Assembly (NCBI GenBank): GCA_951406725.2
Contig: OX597832.1
Location: 31,248,001-31,312,000, forward strand
Direction: 5' to 3'
DNA length: 64,000 nt
DNA from: Octopus vulgaris
Taxonomy: Eukaryota
Shown here piece by piece: positions 1-12,105 of this stretch. The notes under the pieces are model-generated. The model made no database searches. It was not told where the DNA came from and saw only the letters and a program-made list of their open reading frames with translations. Made by a program: the position numbers and the translations under genes. Numbering within the stretch: position 1 is the stretch's first letter; every line of letters starts with the position of its first letter.

Positions 1-25
1 TAAAAGGTGGCATAACTTTATTATT

Positions 26-49
26 GTAGTAGTAGTAGTAGTAGTAGTG

Positions 50-101
<52 letters not shown>

Positions 102-140
102 CAGTAGTAGCAGCAGCAGCAGCAGTAGTAGTAGTAGTGG
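26..140. repeat. (TAG)n/(CAG)n microsatellite
   Basis: Direct reading; similar TA/CA/GA/TAG arrays occur throughout the window. Confidence 0.95.
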
Positions 141-973
141 CTGCATGCATTATGAATATGGATTTTATTAACCTATTTCTTCCTCTGCTGAATCGTGGTT
201 GATGTCGGTACTTAAACACCTTCTCACTGCGGCCATTGTTATTCTAGCGTAATAGGCGTTGCTGTTGTTGTTGTTGCTCTTGTACCTTTTGGTGCTCAGG
301 GCGGGCCATTGCCCGAATTTACTTGTTGTTTGTTTCTCTTTTTGCTGTTTTGTTTTTGTTCTTCTCGTCATTGTCTTTTTCTTTTGTTATTGTTTTTGAT
401 CCAGCTTTGGAATTACTGCTGCTGCTGCGGCTACTGCTGCTGCCGGTGTTGCTCTTAGTGGTCTGGCACCGACTGCTTTTTCAGTTACCTTACTTGTTGC
501 TATTGTTGCTGTTGTTGCATTTGTTGTTGCTACTGCTACTGCTGCTGCTGCTGTTGTTGTTGTTAGTGGTCTGCCACTACAAATTGTTGTTGTTGGTGGT
601 GGTGATGGTGGTGCAATAATTGCTACAAAAGCTGATGAATATAAATTAACCTGCACATGACCCCCCTTCCCCTCTAAACCTCCCGTAACACACCCTCCAC
701 CACCCCGCCCCATTATTACATAAATTACGAATGCCCAAACAAATGATTTGCTGACCAAGGTCACACCTATCGCATCACGATAAACATCCGAGAATAAAAG
801 TAACAGCAGTTGTGGTAGTGGTGGTCGGTTCAGAGAATCATGCAGTTGTCACATTAAGCTCTTCATTCTGAATCGGCTATCAGTCGACGTAGTAATTCAT
901 TATAAAAATCAATTACAAAAACACACCTTCAGATCTCACCCCCATGAAATTTATGCTTTGTGTATATACATAC

Positions 974-1019
<46 letters not shown>

Positions 1020-1046
1020 ATGTATATACATATATTACATACATAC

Positions 1047-1079
<33 letters not shown>

Positions 1080-1419
1080 CATACATACATATATGTGTGC
1101 GTGTGTATAGGTCTTTTGGCCCAAACAGGAAAAATAAAGCTCAAAATATGAGCATATGTATATTTTTTACTTATATTTCGCAGAGGCAACAGAGTGGATC
1201 AAAGACCGACATTTTCGAGCTTTAGTTTTGGTTAGTGCCAACACACGAAACTCTCGACCATCGAGTCACTCTGAACATATATACTCATATTTTGAGTTTT
1301 ATTTTCCTATTTGGATCGGCACACACACACACACACACACACATGATGGTCTTACATCTACAACAATAACAACAACAATAATATCAATAATGTTAAATGT
1401 TTTGTAAGGAAAAGTTTAA

Positions 1420-2225
1420 TCAATGAGTCGAAGAGGAGAGAACAAGATTTGTTAATGGGAATGTGTGGTTAATTTGAAAGGGATACACAGAATATGAAGG
1501 ATAAAAAAGCATGGCGGATGTGTCTCAAGCGAAGCAGTTTGAAGCGTATCACTGGAGGCGTTATTATTGCAGCAGAAGACCGACCAAAGTTCTTGCGATC
1601 AATTTGGTGAAGAATAGCATCTACAGATCTTCTGACACCCAGAAATACAAAATCTGAGAAAAGAATATTGAGAATGTAACCCGTTTGGTGAGTGGGTGTG
1701 AGAGCCTTGCACAAACGGAATACAAAGGCTGCTGTGATAAAGTCTGTTTGTATCTAAATTGGCTTTTATGCTTTAAATACCAATACGAAGTAAGAGAGAA
1801 TTGGTCCGAGCATGTGCCTAGTAAATAAAGTATTACAAAGGAATGGGAAAGCAACGTTATTCTGGGATTGAGATTTTCTGGCAGAGAGAATAATTGAGCA
1901 TCGTTGACGTGATTTGATTGAATAAGGAAGACAAATACAATTAAATCATTGACGAAGCCATACCAAATGAGAGTGAGAGTGAAGGAGGTTGGAAAAATAG
2001 CACCAAGTGCTTCGAGCTGAAAGTGGAGACAGCAAGACTGTTGGAATGTGAGTGGGTAATGTGAAAGTGGTACTAGGTGTAAACGGGGCATTAGGGTCAA
2101 TCCCATTGAAACTTCAGGACTTCTTAAATCGGCTGGGAATATCAAGTAAGATTGGTGCCTTACAAAAATCAGCCTTGCTAGGGTCCTGCGAACATTTTAA
2201 GGAAAGTACGATCCGTCAGAGGTCC
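1420..2225 (+). mobile_element. Decayed R4/Dong-clade non-LTR retrotransposon, 3' fragment (REL endonuclease region), followed by (TAA)n
   Basis: Broken frames give GGVIIAAED, ILW-D-like and terminal QKSALLG...ILRKV motifs typical of R4-clade ORF ends; (TAA)n at 2283-2312. Confidence 0.7.
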
Positions 2226-2281
2226 TTGTGAATTGGTAGAGGATTAGGTCGATGCATTTTCAATCTACACTGCATGACAAA

Positions 2282-2315
<34 letters not shown>

Positions 2316-2389
2316 AGGAAATTGAAATAGAATGGCCGGTAGAGCTCCTGTAGAAAGTTTGTCTTTTAAGGACAGCAAGAATTACCAGG

Positions 2390-3560
2390 AGGATTCTAAG
2401 CATTTAAGAAACTACTGAAGCCTTGTGGATACCAAAGGTTGCATGTAGTAACCCGCTTTTCACATAAATCCTACCAAGAATAAGACCGAACCTGGGCCAA
2501 ACCAAAAATAATTCTAAGTTGAATGCCAGAAACATAGTCTCGGCAATAAACTCGTACGCAGTTGCAGTGGTTTGGTATGGAGCTGGAATTCTGAAGTGGA
2601 CAGAGGGTGAGCCAAGGGAATTGGACAGGAAGACAAGAAAGCTTCTAACCATGTATAAAGCCCTGCGTCCACATGCAGACACTGATCACATGAAGAGAGC
2701 AAATGCAGGAAGGAAACCGGATAAGTGTGGAAAATTGTGTGCATATCGAACTTGGGATGTTGATGAGGTGTCCAAGACAAAGTGGGGACCATAGTTGGTG
2801 GTACTTGGGACATGAAGGGATATTGGAAGCAGGAAAAAAGAAAATAACAAAACAAAAAGTACAAGAAGGACATGAAGAAACACTATGCAACAAGGAACTA
2901 CATAATCAATTCTTTGTAGCTACAACTGAAGTTTCTGGTAAGCATTGGGGGTGGGGGTGGGGTTGAAGAAACGAAACTTGAAGCACCAAGCTTTGGCCAC
3001 AAATGAGTGGACAGAACCATTGCCAATATTGCGAACGAATAGCCTTAAATTTCCCAAAACCACTTTAAGTTGTGGCGGCACAATGGGTTAGCGAAATTTC
3101 CACATTGGAAGCTGTGTGAAAAGTGGGGTCCAGAGAGAGGCAATACGTGGTTTGAGCACAAACCAAAAAAGTTGTGAAGTCGGAGACTTGAAAAATCCAG
3201 AGGGATTTTCCCTTCCAAATAGACCAGGGGCTTGGGCACAACAAGTCGAACCTAGTGATGGTGGGCAAGGTGAACCAGATGTGCCCTTTATTTGATGTCG
3301 CGTGCTCCTTTGGCCCATGAAGAGTCAGGAAGGAAAGCGGGAAAATAGATAAATACAACCCTCTTAGATACGAGATAGCTCGACTGTGGGAAATTGAGGT
3401 GAAGATAATGTCGATTATTGTTGGGTTCTTGGGGACAGTATCAGAAGGCATCAAGAGGAATATAAAGGTAATTGGAATAGAGTGCCCAGTAGAACTGTTA
3501 GAAAAGGTTTGCCTCTTTGGCACGGCCAAAATAATCAGGAAAGCATTAGATAGCTGAAGA
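2390..3560 (+). mobile_element. Decayed R4/Dong-clade non-LTR retrotransposon (post-RT region plus endonuclease)
   Basis: KLNARNIVSAINSYAVAVVWYGAGILKWT..ELDRKTRKLLTMY; later KIDKYNPLRYEIARLW, IIVGFLGTV and KVCLFGTAKIIRKALDS*. Confidence 0.8.
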
Positions 3561-4500
3561 GAACGGATAGCATGGCACCGTAGGCTGCAGGTAGCAAGTC
3601 TGCTACATTCACAAGACTCCAGGAGTTCCAACAAAACCTGAGCTAAAAGAAAAACAAAATAATACAAACGATTTGACAGCCAACAAGTCGTTTGGAGCGA
3701 TTACGTCATAAATGCGCGATTCACTCGTCGAGGATCCGAAACAATTAGGAGCGTTTGAACGATTGCCATTTGCATTCAAAACGGTTGCTGTGTGTAAATG
3801 CATTTATATATACACACACATGCATAAACACACACATACTTACATAAATGCATATATACATGCATGCATACAAACATGCATGCATACATATATATATATA
3901 TATATACATACATATATATATATATACATACTTACATATATATGTGTATATATATATATATATACACGCACACATGCATATGCAGACAGATACACACGCA
4001 CCGCCCTAACGTCCTCTCTACATATATTTACACGAAGAGAAAGAGTGAGAGAGGGAGTAAAGTGAGAGAGAAGGAGACAGCCAAAGAGTGGGGGGGGGGG
4101 GGGGTAGAAAAAAACGAGAAAAAAATGAAAGCAATAAAGGCATTTTTCATTCGCTCTCCTCCATCCTCTCCATCCTCGCTTGGACCACATTGATAATTCA
4201 TTGAAACAAATTATTGGTAAAGGTTACAGAGACCATCGAGGGATTCCTCTTAGCATCCGTGTGCTCTTCCTTCTACCAGCGCCATCGCTACCACCATCAC
4301 TACCACTCACACACGCACACACACACATACACACGCATGCATGTGCTTCTCTGCATTTATGATCTGATGCCTCATCAACACACTTTCATCACCACCACAC
4401 AACAACCACCGCTGCTGGCCTCGCTACCACAGCCCCACCCTATATATATATATATACACACACACATATATATATACATACATATATATGTATGTATGTA

Positions 4501-4560
<60 letters not shown>

Positions 4561-4857
4561 CATACATGACATGTGTGTGTGTGGATATATATATACATTA
4601 TTCAAAACAGCTTCATTCGATCCGATGCAACTGAGACATTTCATAAGTTCGTCTCAGGAACCTAGCTCGTGTTTTATGTAATATATGTAACTTTTACGGA
4701 ATGTGTTGAGTGGCTCTTTCGTGTATCCACTCGTATATATATATATATATATATATATATACTCGTATATATATATATATAGTCTTATATATATATATAT
4801 ACATATGTGTGTATGTATATATATATATATACACACACACATATATATATATATATG

Positions 4858-5345
4858 TATAAGTTCCCGCCGTTTTTTTTAATTTAAATTTTTAAAAGGT
4901 TTAATAAAAAAGAATAGCAACTACTTAATCAATAATGTATTCACCCTTGTTGTTTACAACTTCTTCCCAACATTCAACAAGATTTTCAATACCTCGTTGG
5001 TAGAAATCACCCGATTTCGACTCGAAAAATTGGTCTAACCAATCTCTCAATTCTGCATCAGTATTGAACGAAACTCCGCGCATAGCATTTGAAAAAGATC
5101 GAAAGAGGTGGGAATCCATTGGTGCCAAATCAAGAAAGTGCGGCGGGTGTAGCAGCACTTCCTAGCCATGCGTTTGAATGGCTTCTTTGTCATATTGGCG
5201 GTGTGAGGGCGGGCGTTGTCGTGCAGCAGAAAAACTCCATGATGCCGATTAGGTCTTTTCTCTTGACTAGCCGTTTTGAGTCGTTCCATCTGCTGAACGG
5301 TTCCGTTCAAGCAATTCGTAATGGATAATCCCTTTTTACGCGGAT
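4858..5345 (-). mobile_element. Mariner (DD34D) transposase C-terminal fragment
   Basis: VFLLHDNARPHTANMTK and (frameshifted) LLHPPHFLDLAPMDSHLFRS...FYQRGIENLVECWEEVVNNKGEYI. Confidence 0.9.
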
Positions 5346-5589
5346 GAAGATCTTGTTTCACGCGAACACTTCTGGGACATAATGGACAGGAGACTTCATA
5401 AAAGGAACAAGAAAGCAGCCTCAAAGCCAGATCTTTTGAGATTACAGCATGAAACTTGGCAAGAAATTCCGCGAGAGAACAATGATAATAAAGGTGTCTA
5501 TTTACTTCTGTCATGTGTGTGTGTATGTGTGTGCGCGTATATACATATATAAATATATACATACAAACATACACACACACACAAACACA

Positions 5590-6879
5590 AAGGCAAGTAA
5601 AAAATTATCCGCGTTTATCGCCAAACCACGACTTTCTTTAGCTTTTCCCCTTCGCTGCCTTTTCTCTTCTCGCTAAAACATGGTACTTTTGTGGTTACGT
5701 AACTGAGATTTGAGCTTAAACACTTCGGTTTTCTTGTATTATAGAATAAATATGGTCCCTCTGCTTGTGGTGTGTACCAAGAACAACAGAGAGCAGTGGA
5801 TCCTATTTCTTTGGCCTGGTTGGGGGGTGACAGGGGCTGGAATTCGTCCCAGGCTTTCTGAACAATACGGGGACAAAGTTCTGTCGGATCGAAGTATTAG
5901 CGGAGAAGTTCAACAATGGCCGGACAAGCGAGTGTGAAGCCTGAAGAGTGAGCAAGGCCGCCCATCAACTTTCACCACTGACTTAGAGATTCGACCAGCT
6001 TTACCGATGCTCCTGGCGAAGCGACGAGCGAGCATCGATGAAGTGGAACGACCTCTGCAAGTCAGTCATGGATCTGCATACGAAATCATCCATAAGTTTT
6101 ACTTCTGTGAAGTCTGTGCGAAAAGTGCCAAGAGAGCTTACCGAAGCGTGTAAGCGCAAACGTGTGTAGATCGGTCAACGCCCACTTGACCGCTGCAACG
6201 AGAAAGCGAAGATTTTCCGAAGAGAATAGTCATAAGAAATGAAACCTGGGTCCGTGACTTTGAGCCAGAATCCAAAAGGTAGAGTATGGAGTGGGAATAT
6301 TCGGAATCGTTTGTAAAAAAGAAATCCCAGACTCAACTTTCCGCAGAAAAAGTGATACTAACTAGTTTTTTTCTTTTAGCGGCAGTGGGGATCAAAAAGG
6401 CCTATTCCTGGAAAAAGGGGTCACCAGTCAGTAGTGTAGGCTACAGTGAAATGCTGGCCACAAACTGAAACCAGCAATTCGCACCAAACACCGAAGTCTG
6501 TTGATAAAGGTGTTATTGCCCACACGCAGCCGCCCAAAATGTCGAAACAATTGAAATGCTGGGTTTCAAGATGCCGGAACACCTTGCATCGAATCCAGAT
6601 CCGGCCCCTTCGGACTATCACCTCTTTGGAGCGTTTCAATCATCTTTTTCGAGGTCGCCAATTTGCTACAGACGGAAAGGAGCAGAAAGTAGTGCCTAAA
6701 TGGCTGCACGACCAGCCGAAACCTTCTTCTCCAGTGGAAGAAGAAGCAAGCTTTTGGACCGCTGAAATACATCGAAAAGCAAGGAGGCCATTTCGGAAAA
6801 TGAGGGAATTGTTCAACCCCGGATTTTCTTTTAATAAATTACAGAAACAAGATTGCGTATAATTTTTGATGAACCTTCA
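5590..6879 (+). mobile_element. Near-full-length decayed mariner element with imperfect TIRs
   Basis: Motifs RLSEQYGDKVLS, IRNETWVRDFEPESKR*SMEW and PDPAPSDYHLFG. Left end aaggcaagtaaaaaattatccgc resembles the reverse complement of right end gcgtataatttttgatgaacctt; ~1.3 kb. Confidence 0.85.
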
Positions 6880-7804
6880 CACATACGCATACACACACAC
6901 ATATATATATATACATACTAGTGTGTGTGTCTATTTATCACCCAACATCTACCACCGACAACACTATTGAAAAAGTCGGGATATATATATATATTATGCG
7001 TGCCTATGTATTTATACATACATACATACATATATATATATACATACATACATATATATATATATGTATATATAACTATACAAGCATTGCATTTACTTGT
7101 TGGACACCTACGTGCATCATAATTGAACAGTAAGAAAAAAGGAGAGAAAAAATGAACAAAAAAAACCAAATAGAAATCTATCGAACGCCTGGAAATTGAT
7201 ACGTATTCAGTAAGTGGTTTTGTTATCTGAAAGATCGAACTCACTTTAAATACATTCAATAACCGAACAGGAGAGTGAAAAACAAAGAAAAACAATTCAT
7301 ACACACAATCCTCGTTCCTCCCATACATATATATATATATATGTATGTATGTATGTATATAAAGTGGCCATTACTGCTATCCAGCTGTGTGTATTGTTGC
7401 TACACACCAGCATCGTCCAGGATACCCACAGCTAAGAACTTGGTACACGTAGCTTTGTAGTTCGCAGTGGACTTATTTATTGCTTGCTGTTCGGCCTTCG
7501 TTTCAACGACTGATCGTCAGGATGTGTTAGACAAGTGTGAACACGTTTGGTGTTTCAGAAATCAGTTATAGATATAGATTAACTGTTCTCTCTCTCACAC
7601 TATCTGCGTCACATTGATACATAACTTTGAAATATATATTACATGTGTGAGTGTGTGTGTATGTATATACATTAATATATACATCTATATATATATATAC
7701 ATATGTATATATATATATACATACAGGAGTTACAGCATGGCGCAATTTTATCGTCTGAAGGATTAAATAGACATTTTATTCTTAACGATACTGCGACTGG
7801 TTCC

Positions 7805-7835
<31 letters not shown>

Positions 7836-8131
7836 CATTTAGGAGACCAAAAGTGTACGTACGCCACAAAAAAGGACAGGTCATTCGGAGCTTTCCTTTC
7901 GTCGGTCGAGTTCCAGATCGTCGTTACAAGTTTCGGCCGGTTACACTCGAGATTGTTCATTTGGTATACACTCGCTTGCTTTCTCCCAAGTGCTATTAGC
8001 TTCGATTTTCTCGTGGCCGACCAGATTGGAGCAGCTCCGAATGACCCGTCCTTTTTATGTATCATCTAACTGTCCGGGTGTTTTGTTGTCGCCTGTTATG
8101 TTCTTGTTTTGTTTATATATATAACTACTTT

Positions 8132-8191
8132 AGAGATGAACCACCATTTCACAACTCGGTCAACTGAGTTGTGGAATGGTGGTTCGTCTCT
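8132..8191. repeat. 60-nt inverted repeat (28-bp stem, 4-nt loop)
   Basis: agagatgaaccaccatttcacaactcgg-tcaa-ctgagttgtggaatggtggttcgtctct; 25 Watson-Crick pairs plus 3 G-U pairs. Confidence 0.9.
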
Positions 8192-8327
8192 TAATAAATT
8201 ATATACATATATATTACGAAATTCGGTCTAATATGTATTATACTGAATTTTACCTGTAAGGTTGGAATAATAATTTATTCCCTAATATTATATATATGCA
8301 CATATGTGTACACACACATACATATAT

Positions 8328-8692
8328 ACTCTTTTACTTGTTTCAATCATTTGACTGCGGCCATGCTGGAGCACCGCCTTTAGTCGAGCAAATCGACCCC
8401 GGGACTTATTCTTTGTAAGCCCAGTACTTATTCTATTGGTCTCCTTTGCCGAACCGCTAAGTGACGGAGACGTAAATACACCAGCATCGGTTGTCAAGCA
8501 ATGCTAGGGGGACAAACACACATATATACGACAGGCTTCTTTCAGTTTCCGTCTACGAAATCCACTCACAAGGCATTGGTCGGTCCGGGGCTATAGCAGA
8601 AGACACTTTCCCAAGATGCCACGCAGTGGGACTGAACCCGGAACCATGTGGTTGGTTAGCAAGCTACTTACCACACAGCCACTCCTGCGCCT
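8328..8692 (-). mobile_element. tRNA-derived SINE (family A; octopus-type)
   Basis: Minus-strand 5' end ggcgcaggagtggctgtgtggtaag...ggttcagtccc with A/B-box-like motifs; near-identical copies at 10552-10912 and 50752-51112. Confidence 0.85.
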
Positions 8693-8747
8693 ATATATAT
8701 ATATATATATCTATATATATATATATACACACGCGCGCACACACTCA

Positions 8748-9780
8748 TAGGGTGTCCCCGAAAAAGTGTATACTGTCATTGAACGATTAAGTCAGTATTA
8801 AATAAAATCATTCTGGAAATTTACTAGAATCTGCCGACAGAATTTTATTTTGCTATGAACGCCAGTTTTCAAACTGATGACCACAACGCAAAGTAAAGAA
8901 ATCGTAAACTCCAAGAAACATTTCGTCCGATATTCTGCGCATTCTTATTCAACTGTTGCCGGGTTTTTTTTTAAGCATCCCCGTAAAAGAGGGTCTAATT
9001 GCTTGATGTCTGGAGAACACACCGGATATTGTACTAAACTTTTCGTTCAATCCACCTATATGACGAAATCTAATCAAGACAGGTTTTTAACCTTACTAAG
9101 GTAGCATGGGGATACCCCATGTAGCTAGAAATAAATCATACATCCTAAATCTTTTCTTGAATGCTTGGTATGACAGATTGCCGCAGCAAGTTCAAGTGAT
9201 TGGGAGCCAGTCACAGAACTGTGGGAAAAGAATGGTCCATTAATCTTTTTGATGGTAAACCGCCCCTACTGCAGCTCATTGTAAATTAACATGATTTCTC
9301 CATAATATGCAGGTTCTCAGATCCCCAGCAGACGCAATTGGGGCGATTAACTGAGCCATTTAATTCAGATGTAAGCCTCGTCACGCCAAATAATCTTTGT
9401 TGGAAAGTTTACCCTGCCAAGTTCCACTCGCAAAACCGTTTGGTCTGAATCATCTTCATTGAGAACATCGACTATTTTTGGAATGAAACTTGTGCCAATA
9501 ACAGCGCTTCTTAAGGCGGCGAGCTGGCAGAACTGTTAGCACGCCGGGCGAAATGCTCAGCGGTATTCCGTCTGACGCTACGCTCTGAATTCAAATTCCG
9601 CCGAGGTCGACTTTGCCTTTCATCCTTTCGGGGGTCGATAAATTAAGTACCAGTTACGCTCTGGGGTCAATGTAATCGACTAATCCGTTTGTCTGTCCCC
9701 TCTGTGGACAGTAAAAACAAAAAATAACAGCGCTTCAAAATGCTGGACGCTTAATTTTGAAATTCCTATTTGAAGGAGTT
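8748..9780 (-). mobile_element. Decayed Tc1/mariner-superfamily transposase (DD37D/DD41D-like), interrupted by a SINE
   Basis: Minus-strand remnants WRDEA..LNGSVNRPNCVCWG and RWIE...YPVCSPDIKQLDPLLRGCLK, resembling FSDEAxFxLNGxVN and WPPRSPDLTPLDFFLWGYLK. Confidence 0.7.
9511..9722 (+). mobile_element. tRNA-derived SINE (family B) with 14-bp target-site duplication
   Basis: ggcggcgagctggcagaa...gaattcaaattcc...gcctttcatcctttcggggtcgataaattaagtaccag; direct repeat aataacagcgcttc at 9497-9510 and 9723-9736. Confidence 0.9.
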
Positions 9781-10135
9781 CCTAGACAGCTAACAGAGAA
9801 TTTGGTTATCCATCTCAACAGATGTTCTTAGAAACTCGTACTGATATGATGTCAGGTAGAAAATAATTGTCTCAGGTAAAAACCATGAAAATGGTAGAAG
9901 GAAGTCAAAAGGTGTCTTTTCTATAATTTCCAAGGTATTTACCAGTGACAAGTCATCAACCTATAAAGCTGTCATAATAACAGTCGGGACTTCCTTTCGG
10001 TCCCACGAGCGAGACTGTTTATATCGCAACTGTTAAGAATTTCGCTCAGTCGGAACTTTCTACCGTTCTCGTATTCTTGCTTTTCTCCTAAAGTCGTTTT
10101 CATACAAATATGTCGCAATCTCACTTGATACCTAT

Positions 10136-10348
10136 TTCTTTATTACCCACAAGGGGAAGGGGCTAAACAAGGACAGACATAGGTATTAAGTCGATTACAT
10201 CGACCCCAGTGCGTAACTGGTACTTAATTTATCGACCCCGAAAGGATGAAAGGTAAAGTCGACCTCGGCGGAATTTGAACTCAGAACGTAGCGGCGGACG
10301 AATACGGCTACGCATTTCGCCCGGCGCGCTAACGTTTCTGCCAGCTCG
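10136..10348 (-). mobile_element. SINE family B copy, inverted relative to 9511-9722
   Basis: Reverse complement of the same consensus (atcgaccccgaaaggatgaaagg...gaatttgaactcagaacgt...ctgccagctcg). Confidence 0.88.
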
Positions 10349-10381
10349 ATACCTGTTGTCTGCCTGTCTATGCTTTGGGTC

Positions 10382-10912
10382 AGGCGCAGGCGTGGCTGTG
10401 TGCTAACAAGCTTGCTTCCCAACCACATGCATACGGGTTCACTCCCACTGTGGCACAATGGGCGTCTTCTACTATATAGCCCAAGGCTGACCAAAGCATG
10501 TGAGTAGATTTGGTAGACAGAAACTGAAAGTAGCCCATCGTATATATATAGTTTTACTCGTTTCAGTCATTTGACTGCGGCCAGGCTGGAGCACCGCACC
10601 GCCTTTTAGTCGAACAAACTGACCTCAGGACTTTGTAAGCCTAGTACTTATTCTATCGGTCTAATTTGCCGAACCGCAATAATACGGGGACGTAAACACA
10701 CCAGCATCGGTTGTCAAGCGGTGGTGGGTAGGGGGACAAATAGACACGAATACATAAGATGGGCTTCTTTCAGTTTCCGTCTACCAAATCCACTCACAAG
10801 GACTGGAGGCTATAGTAAAAGACATTTGCCCAAGGTGCCACACAGTGGAACTGAACCCGGAACCATGTGATTGGGAAACAAGCTTCTTACCACTCAGTCA
10901 CTCCTGCGCCCA
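10382..10912. mobile_element. Two SINE family A copies in opposite orientation (+ 10382-10545; - 10552-10912)
   Basis: ggcgcaggcgtggctgtg...gaaactgaaagtagcccatcg on +, then the reverse-oriented copy ending cactcctgcgcc. Confidence 0.85.
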
Positions 10913-11789
10913 TTATATATATATTATGGATGGCTGCAAACTCGTGTTGCCATCGTATGATCGAAAGTCCCACGCGTGCAACGGCTACGACCAGCCATTT
11001 TCGTGATAGGTCTTACTTTGTTTTCCAAGCGATGCACAGGCATCGCTTGGAGAAAGGATTTGCACAAATCCAATCTCATTCTCTGAACATGGACCAACAC
11101 AGACTCTAAAAGAACTCGCGTTCATCATCGAATGTTGTCAGTGCCACAGGTCTCCTCTCAAAGCTTTTGAGATGTTGTGATAACATGGTGGCCTCCCACT
11201 CCCATTGCACCAACCCAGGATTTTCCATGTCCCCGCGCATACATACACTCGTGTACACAGTTGGATAGTCGCTGACTGCTGGAGCCATTCCGTTCTTTAT
11301 ATATATATATCTCTGAGAGAGTCTTTGTCTCCCAATCACCACTTGACAATCGGTATTGGTGCGTTTCATTTCACGTTTTAGTTCCACTCCCACTGCGCGC
11401 ACCAATCTTATGTCTGAACATAAAGTCCTCAGGCCGATTTGTTCAACTAAAACCTTACTGCATAGCTGCAGTCAAATAAGCAAAAAACATATTCATGTGT
11501 GGCCCACTGGTTAAGGGTGTTACACTCACTATCGCGAGACGTGGGGTCGATTCTCAGTGCGAGCGGTCAAAATACTTCATCTCACCTTGAAACCCGATAC
11601 AACGGCTAGCGTTGACTTTGGTGGGGGGGAAGTGAGCTAATAATATACGATACAAACATTTGATGTTTGTTAGTAACAAATTGCAGAATTGTCGTTCTCG
11701 GACTCAAGAGACATATACGAGGATGCCATTTTGTTTAGGACAGGTATAATTACCAACACAGGAACATGTATCATACATCAAAACGAAGC

Positions 11790-12105
11790 TGGTCCTCTGT
11801 GGATCACATCCCTACTCCTCAACATAGTCACCATTTCTCTCAATAGCAATGTTTCACCTTCAAATGAGAGCATGTATCCCTGCTCCGTATAATTCTGTCG
11901 ACTGTTCTTTGAACCACTTCTTCGTCACTGGAATAATTTAGCGCCTTCAGACTATCATCTCTTCGGCCCCATGAAAGAGGCAAACCTTATTCCAGTGATG
12001 AGGAAGTGAAAACTGTAGTGAAGAAGTGGCTCAAAGAATAGTACTCAAAATTTTACGGGGCAGGGATATATGCTCATTCGAAACATTGCTATTGAGAGAA
12101 TAGCA
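11790..12105 (+). mobile_element. Mariner transposase C-terminal fragment
   Basis: NLAPSDYHLFGPMKE...YSSDEEVKTVVKKWLKE motifs. Confidence 0.8.

Noticed and set aside
168-1407. ORFs rich in poly-L/A/T and YIYI/HTHT runs (also at 3712-4842, 6918-7999, 15011-17117 and elsewhere)
   Set aside because: They are translations of trinucleotide and (TA)/(CA) microsatellites, with no domain signal or supporting splice structure.
3718-3745. ctcgtcgaggatccgaaac, resembling a minimal hammerhead ribozyme core
   Set aside because: It lacks the invariant CUGANGA box, and I could not find stems I and III.
8600-8692. tRNA-like A/B boxes here and at 9515, 10382, 37980 and 55925
   Set aside because: These are SINE heads that continue into shared repeat bodies; no complete cloverleaf, so they are not tRNA genes.
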